From positions 1-52,228 of the forward strand of contig JANNXQ010000100.1 of assembly GCA_031409655.1 (NCBI GenBank): a stretch of DNA of 52,228 nt. The letters run 5' to 3'. A program made the translations under genes and the position numbers. Below, in pieces: positions 1-10,158 of this stretch. Numbering within the stretch: position 1 is the stretch's first letter; every line of letters starts with the position of its first letter. Source of the stretch: Chthoniobacteraceae bacterium (GTDB taxonomy: Bacteria > Verrucomicrobiota > Verrucomicrobiia > Chthoniobacterales > Chthoniobacteraceae). The notes under the pieces are model-generated. The model ran no database searches and was not told the origin of the DNA. It worked only from the letters and a program-made list of their open reading frames with translations.

Positions 1-2
1 AA

Positions 3-1085
3 GAGTCGATCCAGCGGACGCTCGAGACCGACCCGCGCTTTGCCGAAAGTCGCGCGTTGCTCGATCAGGAAGCGACGACCTTGCACCGTCTGCTCGGCAC
101 GATTCCGGATTCACCTTACTTCCGCCACGACGCGAATCGGCTCCTGGCCGTGGACGCCGTGATCGTGGACGAGGCCTCGATGGTGGACCTCGCGCTCATG
201 GCGAAACTTTTCGCCGCGATCCCGCCCACCGCGAGCGTGGTGCTCCTCGGCGACAAGGATCAGCTCGCCTCCGTGGAAGCGGGCAACGTGCTCGGGGACA
301 TCTGCCAGGCGCCGCTCGTCGGACACATCGTCGAGCTGCGCGAGAATCGGCGCTTTGCCGAAGACAGCGGCATCCGCCAGCTCAGCAGCCTGGTGAATGC
401 GGGCGATGCGGATGGCGCGCTCGCTGTTCTCACGGAGAAGCGCGCGGACATCATTACGCACGGATTGCCTGCGCCGGCCGAATTGCCGGCGGTGCTGCGC
501 GAGTCCGTGCTGGCGGGGTATCGCGAGTGTCTCTCAGCGGATGATCCGGTCGTGGCGCTGACCGCGCTCAATTCCTTCCGCATCCTCTGCGCGCTGCGGC
601 GTGGACCTTACGGCGTGGAAAATCTCAACCGTCTCGCGGAGCAGGCTCTGGCGGAAGCCGGGCTCATCGCGCCCACGGCTGAGCACTATCGGGGTCGCCC
701 GATCTTGATCACGGCGAACGATCATCAACTGCATCTCTACAATGGCGACGTGGGTCTGCTTCTTCCCGATCCGGAGGCGGGCGGGGAACTGCGCGCGTGG
801 TTCCTCGATGCGGCGGGTGGGCTGCGACGCATCCTGCCCGCACGCCTCCCGGCGCATGAGACGGTCTTTGCGATGACGGTCCACAAATCGCAGGGCTCCG
901 AATTCCGCCGTGTGCTCCTCATCCTCCCCGATCGCGACACCCCCGTGGCCACGCGCGAACTCGTTTACACCGCCATCACCCGCGCCCGCGAGTCGGTGGA
1001 ACTCTGGCACGAAGCGCCCATCCTGCGCGCCGCGATCGCCCGCCGCACGGAGCGGAGCAGCGGCCTGCGCGATGCGATCGCGTAG
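3..1085 (+). CDS. recD: Exodeoxyribonuclease V alpha subunit (RecD), 5'-truncated by the window edge
   Basis: Frame is open from base 3 (ESIQRTLETDPRF...). SF1B helicase motifs TTLHRLLG, IVDEASMVDL, LLGDKDQLASVEAG, NGDVG, AMTVHKSQGSEF, RELVYTAITRAR. Walker A lies upstream of the window. Confidence 0.95.
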   Translation, partial: ESIQRTLETDPRFAESRALLDQEATTLHRLLGTIPDSPYFRHDANRLLAVDAVIVDEASMVDLALMAKLFAAIPPTASVVLLGDKDQLASVEAGNVLGDICQAPLVGHIVELRENRRFAEDSGIRQLSSLVNAGDADGALAVLTEKRADIITHGLPAPAELPAVLRESVLAGYRECLSADDPVVALTALNSFRILCALRRGPYGVENLNRLAEQALAEAGLIAPTAEHYRGRPILITANDHQLHLYNGDVGLLLPDPEAGGELRAWFLDAAGGLRRILPARLPAHETVFAMTVHKSQGSEFRRVLLILPDRDTPVATRELVYTAITRARESVELWHEAPILRAAIARRTERSSGLRDAIA

Positions 1086-3356
1086 CTACTTCCGCTCGCG
1101 GGCTTTGAGGGCGCGGCAGGCGAGCACGTAGCCTGCGGCAGCCCAGAGCAGGTGGGTGAGGAGACCGAGGGCCGCGGGGAGGGGGTTTTGGAAGATCATG
1201 CCCGTCTTCACGTAGCCGCGGGCGCGGAGGTTTGAGACCGGTTTTGGATGATCGGAGATGACGTCGCCGGCGACCTTTTGCTGCCAGAGAAAGCTGCTGT
1301 CCATGATGCTCTGGGCGGCGAAGGTGGGCATGAGGGCGCTGGCGGCGAGCACGCTGGGGCGCATGTCGCGGACTTCCACGGTGAAGCCGGAAAAGAGGAT
1401 TTGTGGGATCAGGATGAGGGGGACGATCATCACCGCCTGCATCACGGAACGCGCCCCTGCGGAGATGGCGGAGCCGATGCCGACGGCGGCGAGGGCGGTG
1501 CCGAGGAGGCTGAGGATTTGCCACCAGGCGGCGCCGCCGAGGCCCTGCTCGAAGACGCTGACGCAGAGGTAGAGCAGCATCCCCTGAAGACTCGTGAGCG
1601 CGGTGAGGAAGAGGAATTTCCCAGTAAGATAAGCATGCGCGCCGACTCCCACGAGACGTTCGCGTTGATAGATCGCGATCTCTTTCACGATCTCCTGCGC
1701 GGCATTGCTGCACCCGAGCCAGAGGGTGGCGATGTAGGCGAAAAAGAGGATGAGCGAGCGGTCGTCGCTGACCCAGGAGACGAGGGCAGCGATGATGATG
1801 GGCTGGCCGAGGAGGAGGAGTAAGTTGCGCGGATCTGCGCGGAGGATGGCGAGCTGGCGCTGGAGCAGGATGGGGAGGGCGAAGGGGCGGTCGGGATCGT
1901 GTCCGTCGCTCTTCGCCGGTGCGGGTGGGGCGGAGGTCTCGGCACCTTCGCCGCCTTTGGCGACAAAATCCTCCTGCCACTCCCTGGCGGGCTTTTCGAG
2001 CATGCGCTCGTAGAGGGCGGTGAGTTTCGGCACGCCGAAATACTCCCGTGCTTCCTGCGCGGTGCCTTGAAAGGCGAGGCAGCCGCCGGTGAGGATCACG
2101 AGCTGATCCATGAGGTAGGCATTCTCCATCACGTGCGTAGTGCAGACGATGGTGCAGCCGGTGTCGGCGAGATCGCGCAGGAGTTCCATGAGCTGGAATT
2201 CGGTGGCGGGATCGAGGCCGGAACTGGGCTCGTCGAGGAAAAGGATCGCGGGCTTCGCGAGCAACTCCGCGCCGACGCTGACGCGTTTGCGCTGGCCGCC
2301 GGAGAGGCGGCTGATGGGTTTGTCGGCGTGCTCGAGCAGGCCGAGTTGCTCCATGGTTTGGAGCACGAGTTTTTGCAATTCGAGGTCGGGCGTGCCGGCC
2401 GGGAGGCGCAGTCGTGCGGCGTAGCGCAGGGCTTCGCCGACGCGCAGTTCGGGATGCACGATGTCTTCCTGCGGGACGAAGCCAAAGGAGCGCGGTCGCT
2501 CCGCGCCATAGACATCCGCGCCGTCCATGAGCACGAGCCCACCCTCCGGCACGCGCATCCCGGCGAGGGTGTGGAGGAGCGTGGATTTTCCCGCGCCGCT
2601 CGGGCCGAGGATGCCGACGAAACGCGACGGCGCGACGCGCAAAGTGACGTCGTCGAGGATCACCTGGCCGGACTCCGATTTCGCAAAAATCCCGGCGGCG
2701 TCGATGCGACCGCCGGTGGTCTTCGTCACGCGGAGCAGCGCGTGGCCGTCGAATTGAAACGTGAAGGGGCCGATTTGCAGGCGATCGCCGACGGTCAATT
2801 CGTGGGTGTCAAAGCGGTGGCCATTGACGAAGGAGCCGCCGCTCGAATTCAGGTCCGCGACGATGCAGCCGCCATGCGGGCCGGGCTTCACCGAAGCATG
2901 CTGGCGCGAGACGGCGGGATCGTTCAGCCACACGTCCGACTCGGGATCGCGGCCGAGCATGAGTTCCGCATCCACGGCGATGCGCTCCGCGGTCACTCCG
3001 CGCACGAGCATGCTGGCGGTCGGTTTTTCCACGAGCGCCGCAGGTTGTGGATCGAGTGCCGGCAACTCACCGACGACATACTTCAAGATGGCCGGCCCGA
3101 TGCCGACCTCATCGCCGGGCTCCAGTGCGGTCGTGACCACGATCCGCTCTCCATTCACCCGCGTGCCCCGCACGCTCTCCAGGTCCTCCACAAAACACTG
3201 GCTCCCATTCCAGACAAAGCGGCAGTGGTGGCGCGAGATCTCGACGTGCGTGAGCTCGATATCCGCATCCGGCGACCGCCCCGCGACCACCGTGCCGGGC
3301 GGAAGCGTGAAGACCTGCTGCGGCAGTCCGCTAACGATGGCGAGATGGGCGGGCAT
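1086..3356 (-). CDS. FHA-FHA-ABC transporter (two FHA domains, ATPase, ABC-2 membrane domain; Rv1747-like architecture)
   Basis: Two FHA motifs (GR..SRHH..S..GT.VNG; GRDP..SRQHA..SSGGSFVNG), Walker A GPSGAGKST, LSGGQ signature, Walker B LFLDEP, hydrophobic C-terminal half. Start moved to ATG 3356 (MPAHLAIV) because the 21-aa extension is a translation of the heptamer repeat. Confidence 0.92.
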   Translation of the reverse strand: MPAHLAIVSGLPQQVFTLPPGTVVAGRSPDADIELTHVEISRHHCRFVWNGSQCFVEDLESVRGTRVNGERIVVTTALEPGDEVGIGPAILKYVVGELPALDPQPAALVEKPTASMLVRGVTAERIAVDAELMLGRDPESDVWLNDPAVSRQHASVKPGPHGGCIVADLNSSGGSFVNGHRFDTHELTVGDRLQIGPFTFQFDGHALLRVTKTTGGRIDAAGIFAKSESGQVILDDVTLRVAPSRFVGILGPSGAGKSTLLHTLAGMRVPEGGLVLMDGADVYGAERPRSFGFVPQEDIVHPELRVGEALRYAARLRLPAGTPDLELQKLVLQTMEQLGLLEHADKPISRLSGGQRKRVSVGAELLAKPAILFLDEPSSGLDPATEFQLMELLRDLADTGCTIVCTTHVMENAYLMDQLVILTGGCLAFQGTAQEAREYFGVPKLTALYERMLEKPAREWQEDFVAKGGEGAETSAPPAPAKSDGHDPDRPFALPILLQRQLAILRADPRNLLLLLGQPIIIAALVSWVSDDRSLILFFAYIATLWLGCSNAAQEIVKEIAIYQRERLVGVGAHAYLTGKFLFLTALTSLQGMLLYLCVSVFEQGLGGAAWWQILSLLGTALAAVGIGSAISAGARSVMQAVMIVPLILIPQILFSGFTVEVRDMRPSVLAASALMPTFAAQSIMDSSFLWQQKVAGDVISDHPKPVSNLRARGYVKTGMIFQNPLPAALGLLTHLLWAAAGYVLACRALKARERK

Positions 3357-3361
3357 GGGGA

Positions 3362-3437
3362 AAGGATGAAGGATGAAGGATGAGGGAAACAGTGCGGGGC
3401 CGGCTACTTCATCCTTCATCCTTCAGCCCTCATCCTT
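3362..3437. repeat. Heptamer tandem-repeat hairpin, (AAGGATG)3 ... (TTCATCC)n
   Basis: aaggatg x3 at 3362-3382 and complementary ttcatcc-type units at 3408-3437 form an intergenic inverted repeat. Confidence 0.85.
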
Positions 3438-3442
3438 CCGCC

Positions 3443-4285
3443 TCAGGGCAGCACGGCCCAGACTTCTACGATCCGGTTTTTCTCCAGGTTTTGCGCGTCC
3501 ACCAGCGTCGAGCCGCCCATGGCTACGGAGTGCAGGACATTGAAGACCCCGCATTTGTCGCGCATCGCGGCGAGCACGGCGTCGGCGCGCTGTTGGGAAA
3601 ATTGGAGGTTCTTCTTCGGGTCACCCTTTGGATCGGCAAAGCCGAGGATCACAAAGACCGCCGTGGGATCGTCGCGCAAGCGCGCGAGTTCCGGCTTATC
3701 CAGTTCCTTTTTCATCGCTTCCACATCCGCGGCACTGAGCGCGGCCAGGCTTTTGCCAAAGGGGACCGTGAGCACTTTGCCCATCTGCCGCGCGCGCTCG
3801 ACGCTGTTGTAGAGCTGGTCCTTTTTCGCCTGGGTGATCGGCATGAGATCCACGCGCGTGAGCACTTCGTCCTTCACCTTGCGGTTCTCGGATTTCGTCA
3901 CGTCGAGGTCGATCGTCGCGGGCATTTCCACGGACGCCGGTGGCTCCGCTACGGCAACGGCTGGGGTGGTGGGCTCGGGGGTCATTGGCGCCTCGGACGG
4001 CGGCAGATTGGCCGAGGTCGGGATCATGGACTTCGGCTTTTTGGCGTCGCCAAATTTCGGCAGCAATCCGCCACCGACGACGGCGATCCCGCCGAGCACC
4101 ACGAGCCCGATGAGGAAGGCGATCCAGGGGTTGCGCTGGCGTTTGATTTCCAGCAGGGGCTTGCCGCACTCCGAGCACACGAAGGGCTGGCCATCGGGGA
4201 GGTCGAGGAGTTCGCCGCGGTAGGCGAGGAGGCAGCCGGAGACGTTTTCGCATTTTCCCCGGCGGGTGGCGGCGCGTGCTTTCAT
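3443..4285 (-). CDS. OmpA/MotB-like peptidoglycan-binding membrane protein with N-terminal Cys4 (Zn-ribbon-like) domain
   Basis: N-terminal CENVSGC...CSECG, one TM helix (WIAFLIGLVVLGGIAVVG), Pro-rich linker, OmpA_C-like motifs ILGFAD..G....NLQFSQQRADAV and NRIVEVW. Confidence 0.85.
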   Translation of the reverse strand: MKARAATRRGKCENVSGCLLAYRGELLDLPDGQPFVCSECGKPLLEIKRQRNPWIAFLIGLVVLGGIAVVGGGLLPKFGDAKKPKSMIPTSANLPPSEAPMTPEPTTPAVAVAEPPASVEMPATIDLDVTKSENRKVKDEVLTRVDLMPITQAKKDQLYNSVERARQMGKVLTVPFGKSLAALSAADVEAMKKELDKPELARLRDDPTAVFVILGFADPKGDPKKNLQFSQQRADAVLAAMRDKCGVFNVLHSVAMGGSTLVDAQNLEKNRIVEVWAVLP

Positions 4286-4339
4286 AGGCGCGGATGTATC
4301 AGGCGCGGGCTTTCGCGCGCGACGAGAAAATGAGCGCCG

Positions 4340-5239
4340 TCAAGGTGCTGCAACCACGCTCAGCACAGCCTTCTGCGCGTGCAGCCGATTTTCCGCCTGG
4401 TCGAAAATCGTCCCGGCGTGCTGCTCGAAGACTTCCTCCGTGATCTCCTTGCCGCGATAGGCCGGCAGGCAATGCATGACCAGCACGCCGGGCTTGGCCT
4501 TTGCGATGAGCGCCGCATTGATCTGGTATCCGCCGAGCTGCGCGATGCGAAATTCCGCCTCCTCTTCCTTGCCCATGCTCACCCACACATCGGTGTAGAG
4601 TACATCCGCCCCGGCGGCCGCCGCGGCGACGTCGGTCGTCACCGTGACGCGCGGTCCGAGCTTGGCGAGCAGCGCAGCATCCGGCTGGTAAGCGAGCGGC
4701 GCGGCGATGCGCAGATCAAAACCGAGCCGGGCGGCGGCCCATATCATCGACACGGGCACATTGCACGCGCCGTCCCCGACGAAAGTGATCACCTTCCCCT
4801 CCACCGTGCCGAGCCGCTCGCGGATCGTTTGGAGGTCCGAGAGGATCTGGCAGGGGTGCTCGGCGTCGGTGAGCGCATTGATCGTCGGGATGCCGCTGTA
4901 GTGGGCAAAGTCCACCACGTCCTGCTGCGCATAGGTGCGGATGATCGCCCCGTGCAACATCCGGCCCATGACGCGGGCGGTGTCTTTGATCGGTTCGCCG
5001 CGCCCGAGCTGGATATCCGCCGAGGAGAGGAACATGACCTCGCCGCCGAGTTCCCGGACCCCGACCTCAAAGCTCACCCGGGTGCGCGTCGAGGACTTGC
5101 TGAAGATCAGCGCCCAGCACTGTCCCCGCAGCGGTTGCGTGGGATGTTTGCCCCGCGTCGCTTTCATCTCGGCGGCGAGATCCAGCATTCCATTGATCTC
5201 CGCAGCGGAGAGCGATTCGATCGAGAGCAGGTGCTTCAT
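4340..5239 (-). CDS. argF: Ornithine carbamoyltransferase
   Basis: STRTRVSFE carbamoyl-phosphate motif, HPCQ, TDVWVSMG, MHCLPA, QAENRLH. 4-bp overlap with argD. Confidence 0.97.
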   Translation of the reverse strand: MKHLLSIESLSAAEINGMLDLAAEMKATRGKHPTQPLRGQCWALIFSKSSTRTRVSFEVGVRELGGEVMFLSSADIQLGRGEPIKDTARVMGRMLHGAIIRTYAQQDVVDFAHYSGIPTINALTDAEHPCQILSDLQTIRERLGTVEGKVITFVGDGACNVPVSMIWAAARLGFDLRIAAPLAYQPDAALLAKLGPRVTVTTDVAAAAAGADVLYTDVWVSMGKEEEAEFRIAQLGGYQINAALIAKAKPGVLVMHCLPAYRGKEITEEVFEQHAGTIFDQAENRLHAQKAVLSVVAAP

Positions 5240-6567
5240 AAAAGTGAACCGAACACCACGCGGGTGATCTCGATGGCTTCCTCGATCTCCTCGCGCCGGA
5301 CATTGAGTGGTGGCAGCCAGCGCACCGCATGCGTGCCGCTCGGCACCGTGAGCAGCCCGGCTTCGTGCAAGGCATCCACCACGATGAGACTCGGCGCGCG
5401 TCCAGACGGCGATGGCACCCGCCTGGCAAAATCCGCCACGAGCTCGAAAGCCAGCATCAGCCCGATCCCGCGCACTTCCGAGATCAGGGGCGAGCCGATC
5501 GCTTCGAGTCCGGCCTTGGCCACTGGCCCAAGCGTGCGCGCATTTTCCAGCATCCCTTCCTCCTCGATCACCGCGAGCACTTCATTGGCACCCGCGGAGA
5601 CGAGCGGCGTGCCGCCGAAAGTCGTCCCGTGCGAACCCGGACCGAGCAGATCGCAAAGCGGGATGGTCTGCCCAGCGCGCAGCGTCAGCGCGCGGTCACT
5701 CACCCAGATGGCGCCGAGCGGAATCCCGCCGGCGATCCCTTTCGCCCAACTCACCGCATCCGGCCACAGCTCCGGCGCGATCGCCCGCCAGCCGCACCAG
5801 TCGCCAGTGCGGCCGAGCCCGCACTGCACTTCATCGAGCATCAGGAGCAGACCGTTCCGATCGCAGACGTCGCGGGCCAGGCGCAGGAATTCTGCGTCCG
5901 CCGGCACGACGCCGCGTTCGCCTTGGATCGGCTCGATGAGGATCGCGATGACCCCGGGTTCATCCGCCGCCGCGAGCAAGGCCGGTCCATCATTGTAGCG
6001 GACGTGGACGAACCCCTCGACCGCGGGCTCAAAGCCTTTCTTCACCTTCTCCTGCCCAGTCGCGGCGATGCCCGCGAGCGTCCTCCCGTGGAAGGAGCCT
6101 TCCATCGTCACGATGGTGTGCCGGGTTGGATCGACGCTCACACATTCGCCCACCGTATGCCGGGGCGGTGGTGGTTGCGCTTCATTGCCAAATTTCCGCG
6201 CCAACTTGTACAGCGCCTCATTTGCCTCCGCGCCGCTATTGCAGAAAAAGATCTTCCCGCGCGGTGCTTCCGGCGCACAAGTCAGCCGCACCAACCGCTC
6301 CGCGAGCAGCGCCTGGGGCCGCGTGTAATAGAGATTCGAGGTATGGACCAGCGTCGCGATCTGCTCCTGCATCACCCGCACGACGCGCGGATGGCAGTGC
6401 CCGATTGAAGTCACCGCGATGCCCGCGCCGAAATCCAGATAGCGTTTCCCCGCTTCATTCCAGACCTCGGTGCCTGCGCCGCGCGCCAGCCGCAGGTCAA
6501 AGCGCGCATACGTCGGAATCACATAGCGTTCGTAAAGTTCGCGAGTCGGGACAGTGCTGCCAGTCAT
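5236..6567 (-). CDS. argD: Acetylornithine aminotransferase (class III PLP enzyme)
   Basis: YLDFGAGIAV, NSGAEANE, SFHGRT, EPIQGE, DEVQCGLGRTG, AKGIAGG, HGTTFGG; directly upstream of argF. Confidence 0.93.
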   Translation of the reverse strand: MTGSTVPTRELYERYVIPTYARFDLRLARGAGTEVWNEAGKRYLDFGAGIAVTSIGHCHPRVVRVMQEQIATLVHTSNLYYTRPQALLAERLVRLTCAPEAPRGKIFFCNSGAEANEALYKLARKFGNEAQPPPPRHTVGECVSVDPTRHTIVTMEGSFHGRTLAGIAATGQEKVKKGFEPAVEGFVHVRYNDGPALLAAADEPGVIAILIEPIQGERGVVPADAEFLRLARDVCDRNGLLLMLDEVQCGLGRTGDWCGWRAIAPELWPDAVSWAKGIAGGIPLGAIWVSDRALTLRAGQTIPLCDLLGPGSHGTTFGGTPLVSAGANEVLAVIEEEGMLENARTLGPVAKAGLEAIGSPLISEVRGIGLMLAFELVADFARRVPSPSGRAPSLIVVDALHEAGLLTVPSGTHAVRWLPPLNVRREEIEEAIEITRVVFGSLL

Positions 6568-6767
6568 GGAAAGGCGCAGAAGCTAGCGGCGCAGCCCGCA
6601 AATGCACCGGAAAAATTTCCGTCGGCGAAGGCTCGCCGCGGGCTGCATTTGGACGGGCGGCGAAAGGCAATTTCCGGGAGCGCCGAAGGGGAAGCCGGCG
6701 CGAAGACTGCGGTGCGGAGGTGCGCCACACTCCCGAGTGCTGGCGCGCAAAGCAGGACGTTGTTTTT

Positions 6768-6900
6768 TTGAAAACGCAGAGACGCGAAGACGCAGAGGAC
6801 GCAGAGAGAACGAACGTGAGCATTTCCTCATCTACCGTTCGCTAAACGTGGATGGACTCTTCTTTGCGTCCTCTGCGCCTCAGCGTCTCTGCGTTTTCAA
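6768..6900. repeat. ~40-bp imperfect inverted repeat built of ACGCAGAG(A/G) units (REP-like)
   Basis: TTGAAAACGCAGAGACGCGAAGACGCAGAGGACGCAGAGA (6768-6807) pairs with TCTTTGCGTCCTCTGCGCCTCAGCGTCTCTGCGTTTTCAA (6861-6900). Confidence 0.9.
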
Positions 6901-7001
6901 AGCTTGATGATCGGCTTCCATGGATGGCTCCCGCCGCGACCATCAAATGCGTGCTAGTTCGCGGTTGGATTTTCCGCCGCGGCGGCCATCCTTTGCCCCC
7001 C

Positions 7002-8471
7002 ATGCTTCGTTTTATACCCATCTTTTTTCTCTCCGTCGCGAGTGCTTTCGCTGCGGACTCGGGCAAGCCAAACGTCCTCTTCATCCTCTGCGATGATCTC
7101 CGACCCGACGCGGTCGGTAGCTACGGATCGAAGCAGGTGAAGACGCCGAACATCGACCAACTCGCCGCGGAAGGCGTGCGCTTTGCGAATACCTTTTGCA
7201 CCACCTCACTCTGTTCGCCGAGTCGCGCGTCGATCCTCACCGGGCTCTACGCGCATAAGCATGGCGTGCGGGATAACTTCACCGAACTCCCCGCGAATCG
7301 CGCGCACTGGCCGAAGCGGCTGCACGAGGCCGGTTACGAGACGGCCTATCTCGGCAAGTGGCACATGGGTGAGGAAAATGACCAGCCGCGGGCGGGCTTC
7401 GATCACTTCGTGACGCACAAGGGGCAGGGGAAGTACTTCGACACCGAGTGGAATGTGAACGGGGCGGGCGGCAAGGTGCTCCCGGGCTACTACACCACGG
7501 TGGTCACGGATCTGGCGCTCGATTGGCTGAAGCGTCCCCGCACGAAACCGTGGGTGCTCTGTCTCGGACACAAGGCGCCGCACAGCTTTTACACCCCGGA
7601 GGAAAAGTATGCGCACGCCTTCGACAGCGTGCGGGTGCCGTATCCTGAGACCGCCTTCATGCTCGACGACAAGCCCGCCTGGATGAAAGAGCGCCTCTCC
7701 ACCTGGCACGGCATCTACGGTCCGCTCTTTGAGTGGCGGAAGACTTTCCCCGACGCCAAGCCGGAGGCGGTGAAGGATTTTGAAGCCATGGTGCATGGCT
7801 ACTGGGGGACGATCCTCAGCGTGGATGATTCCGTGGGACGCCTCGTCGCGTGGCTGAAAGAGACCGGTCAGCTCGAGAACACGGTGATCGTCTTCATGGG
7901 CGACAATGGGCTGCTCGAAGGCGAGCACGGCATGGTGGACAAACGCACCATGCACGAGCCGAGCATCCGCATCCCGCTGATCGTGCGGCATCCGTCGCTC
8001 GGCGCGGGGAAAATCGTGCCGCAGCAAGTGCTCACGCTCGATGTCGCGCCGAGTCTGCTGGAGCTTTGCGGCGCTCCGCCGCTGGAGAAGATCGACGGAA
8101 AATCCTGGGTGCCGCTCGTCCGCGGCGGCGATCCCGCGTGGCGCACGGCCTGGTTCTACGAGTACAATTACGAGAAGCAATTTCCCTTCACCCCGAACGT
8201 CCGCGGCGTGCGCACGGATGAGTGGAAGTACATCCACTACCCACACGGCGACGGCTCGCCAGATCGCCACCTGGCCGAGCTCTACCGCATCTCCGAAGAT
8301 CCCACGGAGCGGAAGAATCTGATCAGCGATCCCACGCTCGCGAGCAAAGTCACGGAGCTGAAGATCGAACTCGAGCGGCAGATGACCGCGGCCGGACTCA
8401 CTCCCGGAACGGACAAAATGCCGCTCGACGCCGGGATCGGAAAAGAACTCCCGGATCAGAAAATCCGTTAG
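7002..8471 (+). CDS. Secreted formylglycine-dependent (S1) sulfatase
   Basis: Signal peptide [39 protein letters not shown] (CxPxR), GKWHMG, GDNG...GEHG..DKR. Start moved from 6852 to ATG 7002. Confidence 0.93.
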   Translation: MLRFIPIFFLSVASAFAADSGKPNVLFILCDDLRPDAVGSYGSKQVKTPNIDQLAAEGVRFANTFCTTSLCSPSRASILTGLYAHKHGVRDNFTELPANRAHWPKRLHEAGYETAYLGKWHMGEENDQPRAGFDHFVTHKGQGKYFDTEWNVNGAGGKVLPGYYTTVVTDLALDWLKRPRTKPWVLCLGHKAPHSFYTPEEKYAHAFDSVRVPYPETAFMLDDKPAWMKERLSTWHGIYGPLFEWRKTFPDAKPEAVKDFEAMVHGYWGTILSVDDSVGRLVAWLKETGQLENTVIVFMGDNGLLEGEHGMVDKRTMHEPSIRIPLIVRHPSLGAGKIVPQQVLTLDVAPSLLELCGAPPLEKIDGKSWVPLVRGGDPAWRTAWFYEYNYEKQFPFTPNVRGVRTDEWKYIHYPHGDGSPDRHLAELYRISEDPTERKNLISDPTLASKVTELKIELERQMTAAGLTPGTDKMPLDAGIGKELPDQKIR

Positions 8472-8566
8472 TCGCTGTTTTGATCGGGCAGCGGAGCCGC
8501 CTCGGCAACTCCGCGACAAACCCACCCTTTACCGCCCCCACGACGGCGGATAGCGTCCGCGGTCCC

Positions 8567-9211
8567 ATGCGATTCCAGACCCTGTATGAAGGCCGCCACA
8601 TCTTTGCCGTCGTCTTTGCGCTCGGTGCGCTCGGCTGGTTCCTCGCCTGGACGTGGCTCCTGGTGCTCGCAGGATTGCTGCTGCTCTTTTGCCTGAACTT
8701 TTTCCGCGATCCAGATCGCACCATCCCTCCGGGCGACGATGTCGTCATCGCAGCTGCCGATGGCGTAGTCGCAGACATCGAAGAGATGGAGGAAGACGAA
8801 GTCCTCAAGACCCGCTGCCGCCGCGTCGGCGTCTTCCTTTCCGTCCTCGACGTGCATGTGAACAAGGCGCCGATCGCCGGGAAGATCACCTACCGCCAGC
8901 ATTACCCCGGCAAACCTCCCGGCCCGTATCTCGATGCGCGCCATCCCGAATGCTCGAAATTCAACGAAGCCCTCACCTGGGCCATCGAGGGAAAAAAAGC
9001 CACCCTCGTCATCCGCCAGATCACCGGAGCTATCGCGCGGCGCATCGTCCCGTGGTCGCAGGTCGGCGACGTCGTGGACAAAGGCTTCCGCTTTGGGATG
9101 ATCCGCTTTGGCTCGCGCACCGAAGTCTTTCTCCCGCTGAGCGCCGAGGTGCGCGTGAAAATCGGCGACAAGGTGAAAGGCGCGGAGACGGTAATTGCCG
9201 AACTGCGATGA
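8567..9211 (+). CDS. psd: Phosphatidylserine decarboxylase proenzyme (short type)
   Basis: FFRDPDR, AADG, VFLSVLDVHVN.API, QITGAIARRI, GMIRFGSRT self-cleavage motif; ATGA overlap with pssA. Confidence 0.93.
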   Translation: MRFQTLYEGRHIFAVVFALGALGWFLAWTWLLVLAGLLLLFCLNFFRDPDRTIPPGDDVVIAAADGVVADIEEMEEDEVLKTRCRRVGVFLSVLDVHVNKAPIAGKITYRQHYPGKPPGPYLDARHPECSKFNEALTWAIEGKKATLVIRQITGAIARRIVPWSQVGDVVDKGFRFGMIRFGSRTEVFLPLSAEVRVKIGDKVKGAETVIAELR

Positions 9212-10035
9212 ACCCGCCCGACGAAGGCCCGAAGATCTACCTCCTGCCGAATCTGATGACGGCGGGGAATCTCTGCTGCGGCTTTCTCGCGGTGCTGAAA
9301 ATCCTCGAAGGCGCGCTCCTCGAAGCCGGCAGCGCCGCCGCGGGCACGCACAGCTTCGAACTCGCGATCTGGTGCATTTTGGGCGCCTGCTTTTTCGATG
9401 CGCTGGATGGCCGACTCGCGCGCCTCGGTGGTAACGAGAGTGCCTTCGGCCGCGAGTTCGATTCCATCGCGGACATCGTCTCCTTCGGCGTCGCACCGGC
9501 CCTCATGGTGAACCGCGTCGTCTTCCACGAAGCCCCCAGACTTGGCTGGCTCGTCGCCTCCATCTACCTCGTCTGCGGGGCCATGCGGCTCGCGCGGTTC
9601 AACTGCCTCGCCGCCGCCGATAGCGCCGCGGCGAACAAGGAATTCAAAGGCTTCCCCATCCCCGCCGCCGCCGGTCTCGTCGCCTCACTCACCCTTTTTC
9701 TGCTCTGGCTGAATGACAACATCATCGAGCACTGGCTCACGAAATGGGTGCTCCCTCCGCTCCTGCTTTTCCTGTCGTGGATGATGTTCAGCGGCTTCCG
9801 TTACCCGAGCTTCAAAGCGCTCAATTGGAAGAGCACGCGCTCCGTCCCGAAGTTCCTCTTCTTCGTCATCGTCGGCATCTCCACGGTGATGTTCTACCAG
9901 TGGATGCCGTTCGTGATCTTCGTTACCTATCTCCTCTACGGCTTCCTCCGCCCCTTCCTCTCGCGGAAAATGAAGCGCGAGATCGAGGAGGAAATCGAAG
10001 AAGACGAGCCCGCCGAATCGTCGGAGAGTCCGTAG
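9208..10035 (+). CDS. pssA: CDP-diacylglycerol--serine O-phosphatidyltransferase
   Basis: LLPNLMT, CDP-alcohol phosphotransferase motif DALDGRLAR....SAFGREFDSIADIVSFGVAP, RLARFN, FKGFPIPAAA. Confidence 0.95.
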   Translation: MNPPDEGPKIYLLPNLMTAGNLCCGFLAVLKILEGALLEAGSAAAGTHSFELAIWCILGACFFDALDGRLARLGGNESAFGREFDSIADIVSFGVAPALMVNRVVFHEAPRLGWLVASIYLVCGAMRLARFNCLAAADSAAANKEFKGFPIPAAAGLVASLTLFLLWLNDNIIEHWLTKWVLPPLLLFLSWMMFSGFRYPSFKALNWKSTRSVPKFLFFVIVGISTVMFYQWMPFVIFVTYLLYGFLRPFLSRKMKREIEEEIEEDEPAESSESP

Positions 10036-10053
10036 GCGGTCGGCGGGGTGGCT

Positions 10054-10098
10054 TTACCCGCAATGCGAACCGGACAAATCGTATTGCAAACAGGGTAA
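10054..10098. terminator. Possible hairpin between convergent pssA and tpsA1
   Basis: ttaccc-gcaatgcga ... tcgtattgc-aaaca-gggtaa can fold as a bulged stem; no clear U-tract. Confidence 0.3.
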
Positions 10099-10158
10099 GC
10101 GTGTCTGGCGCTCCCGAGGTCGCTTAGTTTGCTCCGAGCCAGAAGAGGCGACCCGAGA

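Noticed and set aside
1080..1091. recD and ABC gene stop codons abut with no gap (TAG|CTA)
   Set aside because: Tight convergent packing is common and needs no special explanation.
6590..6750. Possible riboswitch or attenuator upstream of argD
   Set aside because: Only short GC-rich stems and what may be a decayed repeat; no recognisable aptamer, ARG box or leader peptide.
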